DNA from: an uncultured Candidatus Bathyarchaeia archaeon | Lineage (GTDB): Archaea; Thermoproteota; Bathyarchaeia; Bathyarchaeales; Bathycorpusculaceae | Direction: 5' to 3' | Length of the DNA: 23,759 nucleotides | NCBI GenBank assembly: GCA_964450845.1 | Contig: CAYVGZ010000012.1 | Span: 1-23,759 of the forward strand | Shown: piece after piece, positions 1 to 9,257 of the stretch | Layout of the letters: each line of letters begins with the position of its first letter | How positions within the stretch are numbered: the first letter of the stretch is position 1 | Translations under genes and position numbers: made by a program | Notes under the pieces: model-generated | What the model saw: only the letters and a program-made list of their open reading frames with translations | The model's database searches: none | What the model was told of the DNA's origin: nothing

Positions 1-2
1 GC

Positions 3-836
3 ACAGGCGTAATCGTTGGATTTACCATGGACTGCTGTGAAAAAGGCATTCTAACAGAGAAGGATTTTGATGGAGTAGATGTGCGGTTCGGCAACCATGA
101 AGCTTTAGTTCAGCTTATCGAGAAAATTGGCAAACGGGAAGGTATAGGAGACATCCTCGCCGAAGGTGTGAAAGTCGCTGGAGAAAAAATAGGCAATGGA
201 GCAGAAAAATTGGGGCAGCACATTAAGGGAGTGGAGGTTACGGGCTACGACCTTAGAGCTTTGAAAACAGCAGCATTAGGTTTTGCTGTTTCCTTCCGAG
301 GAGCAGACCACAACAGACATGGCGCTTACGCTTTCGACGTTAAAGGAAAAGTCAACCGCCTAATCGCTGAAAAAGGAAGGGGCAAAATGGTTAAAGACAT
401 GGAAGACGTTTACACGCTCATCGACTCCTTTATTGTCTGCAAATTCTCAAGAGGCACGTACTACAAGGAACTTGAAGACTTGACTAAGCTTTACACTTTG
501 GTGACGGGAATCGAAATGACACCAGAAGAGCTGAAACGAAGTGGCGAGAGAATAAACAATGTAGCAAAACTATTCAACATCAGAGAAGGCTTAGGCAGAA
601 AAGACGACACGTTACCCTACAAAGTTATGCATATGCCAATACCCGACGAAGGACCATCAAAAGGAGCATATGTTTCACAAGAAGAACTTGATTTGCTTTT
701 AGATGATTATTACATGTCGCGTGGATGGACGAGAGAAGGCATACCAACAGTGGAAAAACTCAAAGAGTTAGGCATGGAAGACCTGATTCCCATTGTTGAA
801 CGTAAAATTGGAAAAACAGCGGAGACGGAGGAATAG
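3..836 (+). CDS. aor: Tungsten-dependent aldehyde:ferredoxin oxidoreductase (AOR/WOR family), C-terminal part; 5'-truncated by the window
   Basis: The frame is open upstream of ATG 27 back to the window edge (TGVIVGFTMDC). AOR motifs: LAEG, HIKGVE, GYDLR, RGADH, DSFIVCKF, GERINN, FNIREG, DDTLP, YYMSRGW...GIPT. Confidence 0.92.
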   Translation, partial: TGVIVGFTMDCCEKGILTEKDFDGVDVRFGNHEALVQLIEKIGKREGIGDILAEGVKVAGEKIGNGAEKLGQHIKGVEVTGYDLRALKTAALGFAVSFRGADHNRHGAYAFDVKGKVNRLIAEKGRGKMVKDMEDVYTLIDSFIVCKFSRGTYYKELEDLTKLYTLVTGIEMTPEELKRSGERINNVAKLFNIREGLGRKDDTLPYKVMHMPIPDEGPSKGAYVSQEELDLLLDDYYMSRGWTREGIPTVEKLKELGMEDLIPIVERKIGKTAETEE

Positions 837-839
837 CTA

Positions 840-1340
840 ATGGTAAAGATTCATGAGAGAAAATTTGTTTCAGCGGACCCAGAAAAATGTGTAGGATGCC
901 AAGTCTGCGAATACATTTGTTCAATGACAAAAGGAAAAAGTTTCAACCCGTTAAAATCCAGAATAAGAGTTGTCAGAATAAATCAGCTGATAAACCTAGC
1001 AGTCACTTGTAGGCTCTGTGAAGACCCGCCATGCGTTGCTGCTTGTCCAAGAGATGCCTTAACGCAATCCGAGGAAACGGGTATAATACAAGTGGACGAA
1101 GACAAATGCAACGGATGCGGATGGTGCATTGAAGCATGCGACTACGGCGCTATCATGCTTCACCCAGAAAACAAGGTTGTGTATGTCTGTGACTTGTGCA
1201 AAGAACTAGGCGAACCACAATGCGTTAAATGGTGTCCAGAAGAAGCCTTAGACTTAGTTACAAGCGATGTTCTAGCGCAGAAAGCTAGAATAACAGCAGT
1301 GAAAAAGCTCTTCCAAGAAGCCTTAAAAACCACAAAATAA
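840..1340 (+). CDS. 4x[4Fe-4S] electron-transfer protein (DmsB/HydN/CooF-like), probable AOR small subunit
   Basis: Four Cys groups: CVGCQVCEYIC, CRLCEDPPCVAACP, CNGCGWCIEAC, CDLC...PQCVKWCP. Starts 3 nt after the aor stop, with GGAGG upstream. Confidence 0.9.
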   Translation: MVKIHERKFVSADPEKCVGCQVCEYICSMTKGKSFNPLKSRIRVVRINQLINLAVTCRLCEDPPCVAACPRDALTQSEETGIIQVDEDKCNGCGWCIEACDYGAIMLHPENKVVYVCDLCKELGEPQCVKWCPEEALDLVTSDVLAQKARITAVKKLFQEALKTTK

Positions 1341-1356
1341 TTCCCATTTCCACATC

Positions 1357-1367
1357 TTTTTACTTTT
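1357..1367 (+). terminator. Oligo-T tract, candidate archaeal terminator of the aor operon
   Basis: TTTTTACTTTT 16 nt after the stop at 1340, between convergent genes. Confidence 0.4.
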
Positions 1368-1377
1368 AATGCAGTTT

Positions 1378-1872
1378 CTACGGAAGAAGTTTAAGCAAAA
1401 AATTAACTAGGAAATCTGCGGCAGTTTCAACTTCAGATGTTATGCCTTCTCCAAAATCAGTTTTTTCAGGTTCTATTAGCAGTAATGCAATCTTCGCATT
1501 TGCTGTTTTGGCAAGATATTCACAAAAAATGCGCAGTGGAAGCATGTGTGTTGAAATTGCAGGAAAATTTGCTAATCGTTCTGGATTAATGAGCCTTGAA
1601 TTTCCGGGTTTTAAACCTAAAACTGCGGCATCTATCAGAAGAAGATGTGTCGGGTTAAAATCTATGATTTGTTGGATAAAGTTCTCTGGGACAGTTTCGC
1701 ACTCGATTAAGTAAACTTTTTCAGAAACTTTTCCCTGCAAATTTTGAACTATCTTAATACCGACGAAATCATCCATGCGGATAGGATTTCCAATGCCTGC
1801 TACAACTACTTTTTTAGCGTTTGAGAGCCATTCTTCTAGCTCTTTTTGAATATTGTATTTTTCGTTAGTCAT
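1378..1872 (-). CDS. hycI: [NiFe]-hydrogenase maturation endopeptidase (HycI-like)
   Basis: GIGNPIRMDDFVG, ETVPEN, LLLIDAA and STHMLPL motifs; last gene of the mvh operon. Confidence 0.88.
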   Translation of the reverse strand: MTNEKYNIQKELEEWLSNAKKVVVAGIGNPIRMDDFVGIKIVQNLQGKVSEKVYLIECETVPENFIQQIIDFNPTHLLLIDAAVLGLKPGNSRLINPERLANFPAISTHMLPLRIFCEYLAKTANAKIALLLIEPEKTDFGEGITSEVETAADFLVNFLLKLLP

Positions 1873-1918
1873 TAGAAATCGCCATAGAACCTAACCGAAA
1901 CTGAAGGGAATAAAAGGC

Positions 1919-3373
1919 TTATCTATGCACAGTTTTGAGCAATTTCTTTTCGTGGTTATAGATTTCTACTGTTAACGGCATCTGTCCAATAGCGAAGTGT
2001 GAGGCGCACGCGAAGCATGGGTCGTAGGCTCTGAAAGCCATCTCCACCCTGTTGAGTACTCCTTCGCTTACTTTGTCGCTGTGAATTAAACCTTTAGCGG
2101 CATCACGAATCGACATGCAAATTGCCGGATAATTGTTAGTCGTTGCAACAATCAAGTTCACATTTTTAATGAGCGCATTTTCATCCAAAACATAATGATG
2201 AATCAATGTGCCTCTGGCTGCCTCCACTATTCCTACACCCTCTCCCGGCTTTCCCGGTAGATTGCGAACTTCTTTACTTGTTATCTCCGGGTCCTTGCTT
2301 AGTTCTACAGCATGCTCAGCAGCGTAAAGAATTTCAATAAGCCTAGCCCAGTGAAAAGCCAGCGTGGAGTGTACGGGTTTTCCGCCAAGTGTTTTGTACA
2401 TAATTTCGTATTCCTCTTGTGCCGAGGGAGTTGCCATGCCGTCTGCGGCGTTAAGTCTTCCAAGTGGTCCAACGCGGTAAACTCCGCTGTCTGAGCCGTC
2501 GACGAATCCTTTCCATCCCACTTTTTTAAGGTAGGGCGTTTTCACGTAAGTCCATTCTTCCACATGTTCATTAATGTGATTAAGATAGTCTTTGGGCGCA
2601 AATTTTAGAAACTCGTTACCGTTCGGGTCGACAACTCTAACTTTGCCGTCGTAGAAGTTAACCTTGTTATCCTCATCAACCAAACCCATATAGTAGGTTT
2701 TCAGCGTGTAAGCGTCGCTTTTAATCATCTCAACATAGTTTTCGTTTCCCAGAATAATGTCGTGAAACAGCTTCAACGAACGCTTTACGAAATCCACGCA
2801 GGAAGTAGCCATTTTTTCGATTTCTTGCCTGTCTTCTTCTCTTAACGGTTTAGAGATTCCGCCAGGTAACCCGCAAGCGGGATGGATGGCTTTTCCACCG
2901 ATGATTTCTACAATTCTTTGTCCATACGCCCTATGCTTTATGACTTCTTTGCCTATTTCTAACCCCGCCTTTTCAATTATTCCTAAAATGTTTCTTTTCT
3001 CTGGCGGAGCATCTGGTCCAACTATAAAGTCTGGGCCACCCAGATAGAAGAAGTGCAGTGTGTGATCTTCGATCATGTAGCCGCAGTACATGAGTTCCCT
3101 AAGTTTTTTCGCAACAGATGGAGGTTCAACGTTGAACGCGGCGTCTAAGGTTTTTGTACCAGCCATATGATGAGCAACTGGGCAGACTCCGCATATTCTG
3201 CTCGTCAGTTGCGGCATGTCCTCCGCTTTTCTTCCAACACAGAATCTTTCAAAGCCTCGTAGTTCTGGAATTTGAAGGTAAGCATTCTCCACATTTCCTT
3301 GCTCATTCAGAAAAATTGTGATTTTTCCGTGACCTTCAAGTCTAGTAATAGGATTTATGGTTACTTCTCTCAT
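1919..3373 (-). CDS. mvhA: Group 3c [NiFe]-hydrogenase large subunit MvhA (copy 1)
   Basis: TRLEGH, L1 RICGVCP, EAARG, L2 DPCFACASH followed by a cleavable tail. ATGA overlap with mvhG; Hdr context. Confidence 0.95.
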   Translation of the reverse strand: MREVTINPITRLEGHGKITIFLNEQGNVENAYLQIPELRGFERFCVGRKAEDMPQLTSRICGVCPVAHHMAGTKTLDAAFNVEPPSVAKKLRELMYCGYMIEDHTLHFFYLGGPDFIVGPDAPPEKRNILGIIEKAGLEIGKEVIKHRAYGQRIVEIIGGKAIHPACGLPGGISKPLREEDRQEIEKMATSCVDFVKRSLKLFHDIILGNENYVEMIKSDAYTLKTYYMGLVDEDNKVNFYDGKVRVVDPNGNEFLKFAPKDYLNHINEHVEEWTYVKTPYLKKVGWKGFVDGSDSGVYRVGPLGRLNAADGMATPSAQEEYEIMYKTLGGKPVHSTLAFHWARLIEILYAAEHAVELSKDPEITSKEVRNLPGKPGEGVGIVEAARGTLIHHYVLDENALIKNVNLIVATTNNYPAICMSIRDAAKGLIHSDKVSEGVLNRVEMAFRAYDPCFACASHFAIGQMPLTVEIYNHEKKLLKTVHR

Positions 3374-4362
3374 TTCTTCATCACTTTCCTTCTCAGAATT
3401 GAAGATGGAAGCGAATACATGTAAAACGTTCCCAGCGGGTCTTTTATTTGAGCAATAAGCTTTTCAACATCAGCTTCTGTGTACTTTTGCTTCTCTTCTT
3501 CTAAGCCGAGCAGCGACGCTAACGCACTCATCATCGCAGCTCCTTGCTCAGACGAATTTGGACACGGTCCCCCGCATCCAGTGCATGGCATACCTATCTG
3601 TATACATCTCGCATCGCATCCTCCGCGGGTTGCCGGACCCATGCAGATTATCCCTTGTTCTAAAAGACATTTGTTGGGGTCTGGGATAATTTCGTATATG
3701 CGGTGTATTTCAGTGATTTGCATCTTTCCTTTCTTCAAGGGGTTCAATGGGCATTCATCGCAGACCGATTTTGGCGGAGCGAGCACTGAGCCCTTCGGTG
3801 GAAGTTTACCTTTCGCTATGGTTTCTAAAGCATTTATTGTAAGCTCGACTGGTGGAGGACATCCTGGAATATAATAGTCAACGTCCACTGTTTGGGCTAA
3901 GGTTTTAACCGTGTCGTAGAATTCTGGAAGTTCCAGTTCTCCTTCTTTAACTTTGACTCGAGTTTTAGGAGCTACACCGTTCGGATTGGGTGTGGAGACA
4001 TTTTTGAGATAAACTTCTTCGAACACTTCTCTTCTGTTTGTGACGTTTGCTAAGCCAGGTATCCCTCCCATGTACGAGCATGACCCGTATGCGATTAGAG
4101 TTTTTGATTTCTTTCTCAGCAATTTCGCCATTTTCTCGTTTTCTTCTGTTCTTACCGCTCCGTTAAAGAAGCAGACGTCTATGTGTTTATCCGGCATGTT
4201 TTCAACGTCTTTGTATTTAATGTCGATGGCTACTGGCCAGAAAACGATGTCAGCTGCTTGTACAACTTCCAAGATTTTCTCGTTTATGTCTAAGACTGAG
4301 ATTTCGCAACCGCCGCAGCTTGCAGCCCAGTAAAACGCGAATTTCAGTTTCTCTTTCGCCAT
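3370..4362 (-). CDS. mvhG: Group 3c [NiFe]-hydrogenase small subunit MvhG (copy 1)
   Basis: SCGGCE, GSC, PGCPP, CDECP, CMGPATRGGC..RC, PCTGC. Start at ATG 4362 preferred; ATG 4371 is an alternative. Confidence 0.95.
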   Translation of the reverse strand: MAKEKLKFAFYWAASCGGCEISVLDINEKILEVVQAADIVFWPVAIDIKYKDVENMPDKHIDVCFFNGAVRTEENEKMAKLLRKKSKTLIAYGSCSYMGGIPGLANVTNRREVFEEVYLKNVSTPNPNGVAPKTRVKVKEGELELPEFYDTVKTLAQTVDVDYYIPGCPPPVELTINALETIAKGKLPPKGSVLAPPKSVCDECPLNPLKKGKMQITEIHRIYEIIPDPNKCLLEQGIICMGPATRGGCDARCIQIGMPCTGCGGPCPNSSEQGAAMMSALASLLGLEEEKQKYTEADVEKLIAQIKDPLGTFYMYSLPSSILRRKVMKK

Positions 4363-4372
4363 TCTTATCATC

Positions 4373-5254
4373 CTACCCTTGAATTTGACCTAGAAGCTCT
4401 GTTGGTTTAACCCTGAGCTCGTTTAGAGCAAGTTCTTCAGGTGTGAAACCCATTGCTAAGCCCAGCAACTGTGGATAATGCAGAACGGGTATACCAATCT
4501 TCGCGTTGAAAGCTTTTTCTATTCTTGGTTGGTTTAAGTCGTACATCATGTGACAGAATGGACAAACCGTGATGAGCGCTTGGGTTCCCACGGCTATGAC
4601 GTGGTCAAACTTTTCTTTCGCCATCTGAAATGGAATTGTTTCGTTGACTCCAATTATTGGGTTTCCACAGCATTCAGCCTCATCCATGTAGTCCAAACAC
4701 TCCGCACCGGTCAACCTAATTAGGGTTTTAAGAAATGTTGGGTTCTCAGGATCGTCTTTTTCTATGAGTTTCTTGGGACGGACTATGTGGCATCCAGTAT
4801 GCTGAGTGACACGAAGGTTGGTCAGTGGCTTTTTGACAGCGTTCTTTATTTTCTCAAAGCCTACGTCTTCAACTAAAACGTGGACGAGGTGTTTGATCTC
4901 TATTGTTCCCTTAAATTCCATGCCGATTTCCTTTAGGTATCCGTTAACTTTTTCTCTCAGCTTTTTGTCCTCTTTGAGCATCTTGTTTGTTTCATTTAAG
5001 ATGCCGAAACATCCGTTGCATAAAGTTAGAATGTTCAAGTTTTGTTTTTCTGCTAAACAAAGATTTCGCGCTGCCAAAGTTAGCATCAAGTCATGGTTTA
5101 TTGGATCCATCGGAAATCCGCAGCAGTTAAACTCGGGCATTTCAACTAATTCTACTCCGAGTTTATCAAGAACCTTTCTCGCAGAAATTTCGTAGCTTGA
5201 AAGCCTGTAGGGAATAACGCACCCTAAAAACAGTAAATACTTTGATTCTGGCAT
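4373..5254 (-). CDS. hdrB: Heterodisulfide reductase subunit B (copy 1)
   Basis: Two CCG domains with all 10 Cys: LGC, NCCG, CNGC, TGCH, ECCG, CPFC. Confidence 0.95.
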   Translation of the reverse strand: MPESKYLLFLGCVIPYRLSSYEISARKVLDKLGVELVEMPEFNCCGFPMDPINHDLMLTLAARNLCLAEKQNLNILTLCNGCFGILNETNKMLKEDKKLREKVNGYLKEIGMEFKGTIEIKHLVHVLVEDVGFEKIKNAVKKPLTNLRVTQHTGCHIVRPKKLIEKDDPENPTFLKTLIRLTGAECLDYMDEAECCGNPIIGVNETIPFQMAKEKFDHVIAVGTQALITVCPFCHMMYDLNQPRIEKAFNAKIGIPVLHYPQLLGLAMGFTPEELALNELRVKPTELLGQIQG

Positions 5255-5255
5255 T

Positions 5256-5810
5256 TTAACTTTTCACCTTTTCGAAGGTTTTCACATTCTCAAGTATTTT
5301 TGAGGAACCTGTAACCTCGAAGATTTTTGCGACGTCTTCTAGGTTGGGTTTTGGCAATTGTGGAAGCCCCTGCTCTGTTCTTTTTTTATGTCGTGATTCT
5401 GGGATTTCGTAAACGTAGCCTGTTTTTAAGAGGTTAGAAGCTAATTCCTTGAAGACAAGGGGCATAATGCCTCTTTCTTTTATAGTTAGGTTTCGTAGGA
5501 CTCGTACAATGCTGGCGATCTCCACATTCTGAGGGCAATGGTCAACGCATGTGAAACAGGTGGAGCACAGCCAAAGGGCATCATCTGAAAGGAGTCTATC
5601 TTTCAATCCGAACTGCACCATACGCGCGATTTTTCTTGGTCTGTAAAGGTCACTGAATTTGGAAATTGGGCAGTCAGCAGTGCAGGTTCCGCATTGGAAG
5701 CACAGCATAAGTTTTTCTGCGCCATGCATCTTGCTAATTTCATACTTGAATTTCGGGTCTATTTCCTCAGCTTTTATAACGCTTGGAACATGTTCTTGTG
5801 TTTCACTCAT
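5256..5810 (-). CDS. hdrC: Heterodisulfide reductase subunit C (copy 1)
   Basis: CFQCGTCTADCP and LWLCSTCFTCVDHCP; directly precedes hdrB. Confidence 0.95.
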   Translation of the reverse strand: MSETQEHVPSVIKAEEIDPKFKYEISKMHGAEKLMLCFQCGTCTADCPISKFSDLYRPRKIARMVQFGLKDRLLSDDALWLCSTCFTCVDHCPQNVEIASIVRVLRNLTIKERGIMPLVFKELASNLLKTGYVYEIPESRHKKRTEQGLPQLPKPNLEDVAKIFEVTGSSKILENVKTFEKVKS

Positions 5811-6243
5811 TTTGTTTTCCTCCCATTTTTAACGGGTTTGGTCCAAGCTTTTTTATTTGTTCAACCATGTCCCGTACGATTGTAGCGAATTTGTCTCCTT
5901 CGCTTGCGGAAACCCATTCAAGCCGCACACGCTCTGGTTCAATTCCGAAATCTTGTAGAACTTTCTTTAATAGAGTTATCCTTCTTAAAGCTTTGAAGTT
6001 TCCGCTAATGTAATGGCAGTCTGATGGCAGGTGACATCCAGCAATAAGCACTCCATCTGCACCATCCTTTAAAGCTTCGAGGACAAACGAGGGGTCAATT
6101 CTGCCGCTACACATGACGCTTATGATTCTAATGTTCGGTGGATACTGAATTCTGCTAACTCCAGCCAAGTCTGCGCCCGCGTAGCTACACCAGTTGCAGA
6201 GGAAACCAATAATTTTTGGTTCAAACCCGTTTTTCTCGGTCAT
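5803..6243 (-). CDS. mvhD: MvhD [2Fe-2S] hydrogenase-HdrA adaptor
   Basis: Canonical CNWCSYAGAD, VMCSGR, GCH...DCHY, EWVSASEG. ATGA overlap with hdrA. Confidence 0.95.
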   Translation of the reverse strand: MTEKNGFEPKIIGFLCNWCSYAGADLAGVSRIQYPPNIRIISVMCSGRIDPSFVLEALKDGADGVLIAGCHLPSDCHYISGNFKALRRITLLKKVLQDFGIEPERVRLEWVSASEGDKFATIVRDMVEQIKKLGPNPLKMGGKQNE

Positions 6244-9200
6244 GCTTGTACCTCCACAAGTGCGGCTTTAACTTGGGCGAGTATCTCTTCCGTGGTGAAG
6301 TGCCCCATTATGATAGCTTTTGTTGGGCATGCTGTGCCGCAGACTCCGCAGCCTTTGCATAGGGCTTCAATTACATGCGCAATGGGTTTCCCATCTTTTT
6401 CCTTCATTTCAATCGCACTATATGGACATAGATGTTCACAAATCTTACATCCGCTACATAAATCTTCGTTAACGTTTGCCACTATTCCTTCCATCTCAAG
6501 TGTGAGTTTTGAGAGTATAGTTGTTGCCCGTGAAGCTGCTGCACAGGCTTGAGCAATGCTTTCGTCTATGTATTTTGGCGAGTGAGCTATTCCGCAGAGG
6601 AAAACGCCCTCTGTTGCGAAATCTACTGGTCTAAGTTTCATGTGGGCTTCTAAGAAAAAGCCATCCTCTGTTAATGGCACTTTCAGCAGTTCTGCCACAC
6701 GTTTGTTGTCTGGATTTGGAATTGTAGCTACGCTTAAAACGACGAGGTCTGGCTCAATTTCAACTTCTTCGTTTACTACTGGTTCCCAGAAGGATAATTT
6801 GAGTTTTCCATCTTCGTTTACAACTTGCGGTTTTCTTTCATCGTCATAATTTATGAATAGAACCCCTTTTTGTGCAGCTTCACGGTAATAGTCTTCTTTA
6901 AAGCCATATGCTCGCATATCTTTGTACAAAATGTAGACTTCTGTTTTTGGACTCTTTTCTTTGATTTTCAGTGCGTTTTTTATTGCTTGTCCACAGCATA
7001 TTCTTGCACAGTTTGGTCGTTTTTCATTTCTTGCTCCGACACATTGAATCATAACAACGTTTTTTGCATTAAAACGGTCATTCGCGATTTTTTCTTCTAG
7101 CTCGCGTTGGGTTATTACTCTCGGGTCTTTGCCGTAGAGGTATTCCGTGGGCTTATATTCAACTGCGCCCGTTGCTACTATTACTATGCCATGTTCAACC
7201 TCTTTTTCATCATCTCGCTGCTTTATTTTTGATTTGAAGTTGCCAACAAAACCAGTGACATCGACGACTTCAGCTTCCAAGTGAACATGTATCTTGTCGT
7301 TCTCCATAACAGCTTTGGCTAGAGCGTTTAACTTTTGCTTTGGGTCTTCATTCTCCAACAAGTAATGAATCTTACGTAAATGTCCGCCTAACTCTTTTTC
7401 TTTTTCAACAAGATGAACTTCAAATCCTTGATTTGCAAGTTCTAGGGCTGCAGTCATGCCGGAGACACCACCGCCTATGATTAAGCCAACTGGTGTGACA
7501 TTTATCACAGGTTTTTTCAATGGTTTTAGAAGTTTGGCTTTTGCCACTACTGAGCGGATTAGGTCTTTGGCTTTTTCTGTTGCCTTTTCTGGCTCATGTA
7601 TGTGAACCCAACTGCATTGGTCTCGAATGTTTGCCATCTCGAATAAGTAGGGGTTCAGCCCAGCCTCTTGAACTGTTTCTCTAAACAGTGGCTCATGGGT
7701 TCGCGGGGTACATGAAGCAACAACAACACGGTTAAGATTGTTCTCTTGAATTTTCTCTTTAATTAATTTTTGTGTATCTTGCGAGCATGTGTAAAGGTTG
7801 GCTTCTGCATAAGCCACGTTGGGCAAGGTTCTAGCATACGCTACGACCTCTGGAACATTTACTACTCCGCCTATGTTTATTCCGCAGTGACATACAAAAA
7901 CACCTATGCGTGGCTCTTCTTGGCTTATGTCCCTTTCATGCGGGTACTCTTTAACAGTTACAAGTTTCCCTCTTTCAGTTGCAATTGTACCCATAGCTTT
8001 AGCTGCTGCGCCGCTTGCCTGTGCAACGCTTTCTGGAATATCCTTTGGGGCACTGAACGCACCGCACACGAATATGCCTGGTTTTGAGGTTTCCAATGGC
8101 GAAAAATATTTTGTTTCACAGAACTTGTATTTGTTCAGCTCTACCCCCAAAATTTTAGCTAGTTTCTCCACGTTTTTTGGTGGCTGCATTCCAATTGACA
8201 GAACAACCATGTCGAATTCTTCAGTTTTAGGCGTCTCATTCTCAACATAGTGAACAAAAAGATTGGCTGTTAACGGATTTTCAGTTACGCTTGCAACCCT
8301 TGACCTCACAAATCTTATTCCCCACTCGCCTTTAGCTCGATTATAGTAAGCGTCAAACTCTTTTCCGTAAGCCCGCAAATCCATGTAGAAAATTGTGGGT
8401 TCCAGCTTCGTAGGCGTGTGTTCTTTAGCGATTACCGCCTCTTTTATTCCATACATACAACATGCAGCAGAACAATAGTTATTTCCAAGCTGGAAATCCC
8501 TTGAACCTACGCATTGGATAAAGGCTATTTTCTTCGGAATTTCACCGTCTGAAGGTCTTAAGACAAGCCCGCCATAGGGTCCAGAGGCGCTTAGAATGCG
8601 TTCAAATTCTATGCTTGTTACAACATTAAGATAGCGTCCATAGCCATATTCGCTTTTCAATTTTGCATCGAAAGCTTCGAATCCTGGTGCTAGTATTATT
8701 GAGCCTACGTTTAATGTGGCTTCGCTGTCTTGTTGGTCGTATTCTATTGCTTTTGCCTTGCAGATTTCAAGGCACGTTCCGCATCCAATGCATTTTTCAC
8801 GATCAATTTTATACTTTAATGGTACTGCTTGGGGATAGTCCACGTAAATTGCGCTTCTTCGGCTTAACCCTTCATTATATACGTCTACGGCTTCGATTGG
8901 GCATTTTTGTGCGCATAAACCGCATCCGTTGCATTTGTCTTCGATTATGTAACGACTTCGTTTTCGAACTTTTACTTCGAAGTTTCCAGCTTCACCGTTT
9001 AAGCCAGTTATTTCAGCGTTGGTCAAAATTGAAATGTTCGGGTGTCTTCCAGTTGCTACAAGTTTAGGCGAAAGAATGCACATTGAACAGTCGTTTGTTG
9101 GAAATGTCTTGTCAAGCTGAGCCATCACTCCGCCGACACTTGCTCCCTGATCAATTAAGTACACTTTAAACCCAGAATCTGCCAAGTCTAAAGATGCTTG

Positions 9201-9257
9201 TATCCCAGCAACTCCTCCTCCGACTACAAGGACCGCACCAACTTTTTGCTCAGCCAT
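6240..9257 (-). CDS. hdrA: Large two-module HdrA (1005 aa): FAD module 1 with inserted ferredoxin, HdrA N-type Fe-S domain, FAD module 2, C-terminal 2x[4Fe-4S]
   Basis: GGGVAG and GGGVSG Rossmann motifs; PTNDCSMC; two QCVG(S/A)R...C..(I/A)CC...K motifs; internal VCHCG/CS/CTP/QCSWVH domain; C-terminal CSGCKICEHLCP and CKGCGVCGTACP. GGAGGT RBS at 9270-9265. Confidence 0.95.
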   Translation of the reverse strand: MAEQKVGAVLVVGGGVAGIQASLDLADSGFKVYLIDQGASVGGVMAQLDKTFPTNDCSMCILSPKLVATGRHPNISILTNAEITGLNGEAGNFEVKVRKRSRYIIEDKCNGCGLCAQKCPIEAVDVYNEGLSRRSAIYVDYPQAVPLKYKIDREKCIGCGTCLEICKAKAIEYDQQDSEATLNVGSIILAPGFEAFDAKLKSEYGYGRYLNVVTSIEFERILSASGPYGGLVLRPSDGEIPKKIAFIQCVGSRDFQLGNNYCSAACCMYGIKEAVIAKEHTPTKLEPTIFYMDLRAYGKEFDAYYNRAKGEWGIRFVRSRVASVTENPLTANLFVHYVENETPKTEEFDMVVLSIGMQPPKNVEKLAKILGVELNKYKFCETKYFSPLETSKPGIFVCGAFSAPKDIPESVAQASGAAAKAMGTIATERGKLVTVKEYPHERDISQEEPRIGVFVCHCGINIGGVVNVPEVVAYARTLPNVAYAEANLYTCSQDTQKLIKEKIQENNLNRVVVASCTPRTHEPLFRETVQEAGLNPYLFEMANIRDQCSWVHIHEPEKATEKAKDLIRSVVAKAKLLKPLKKPVINVTPVGLIIGGGVSGMTAALELANQGFEVHLVEKEKELGGHLRKIHYLLENEDPKQKLNALAKAVMENDKIHVHLEAEVVDVTGFVGNFKSKIKQRDDEKEVEHGIVIVATGAVEYKPTEYLYGKDPRVITQRELEEKIANDRFNAKNVVMIQCVGARNEKRPNCARICCGQAIKNALKIKEKSPKTEVYILYKDMRAYGFKEDYYREAAQKGVLFINYDDERKPQVVNEDGKLKLSFWEPVVNEEVEIEPDLVVLSVATIPNPDNKRVAELLKVPLTEDGFFLEAHMKLRPVDFATEGVFLCGIAHSPKYIDESIAQACAAASRATTILSKLTLEMEGIVANVNEDLCSGCKICEHLCPYSAIEMKEKDGKPIAHVIEALCKGCGVCGTACPTKAIIMGHFTTEEILAQVKAALVEVQA

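Noticed and set aside
1865-1885. Six-codon ORF (MAISND) overlapping the hycI start
   Set aside because: Expected by chance; no supporting signal.
4040-4333. Similar antisense ORFs at 4040-4333 and 20594-20893 suggesting a conserved hidden gene
   Set aside because: The similarity is fully explained by the mvhG duplication on the opposite strand.
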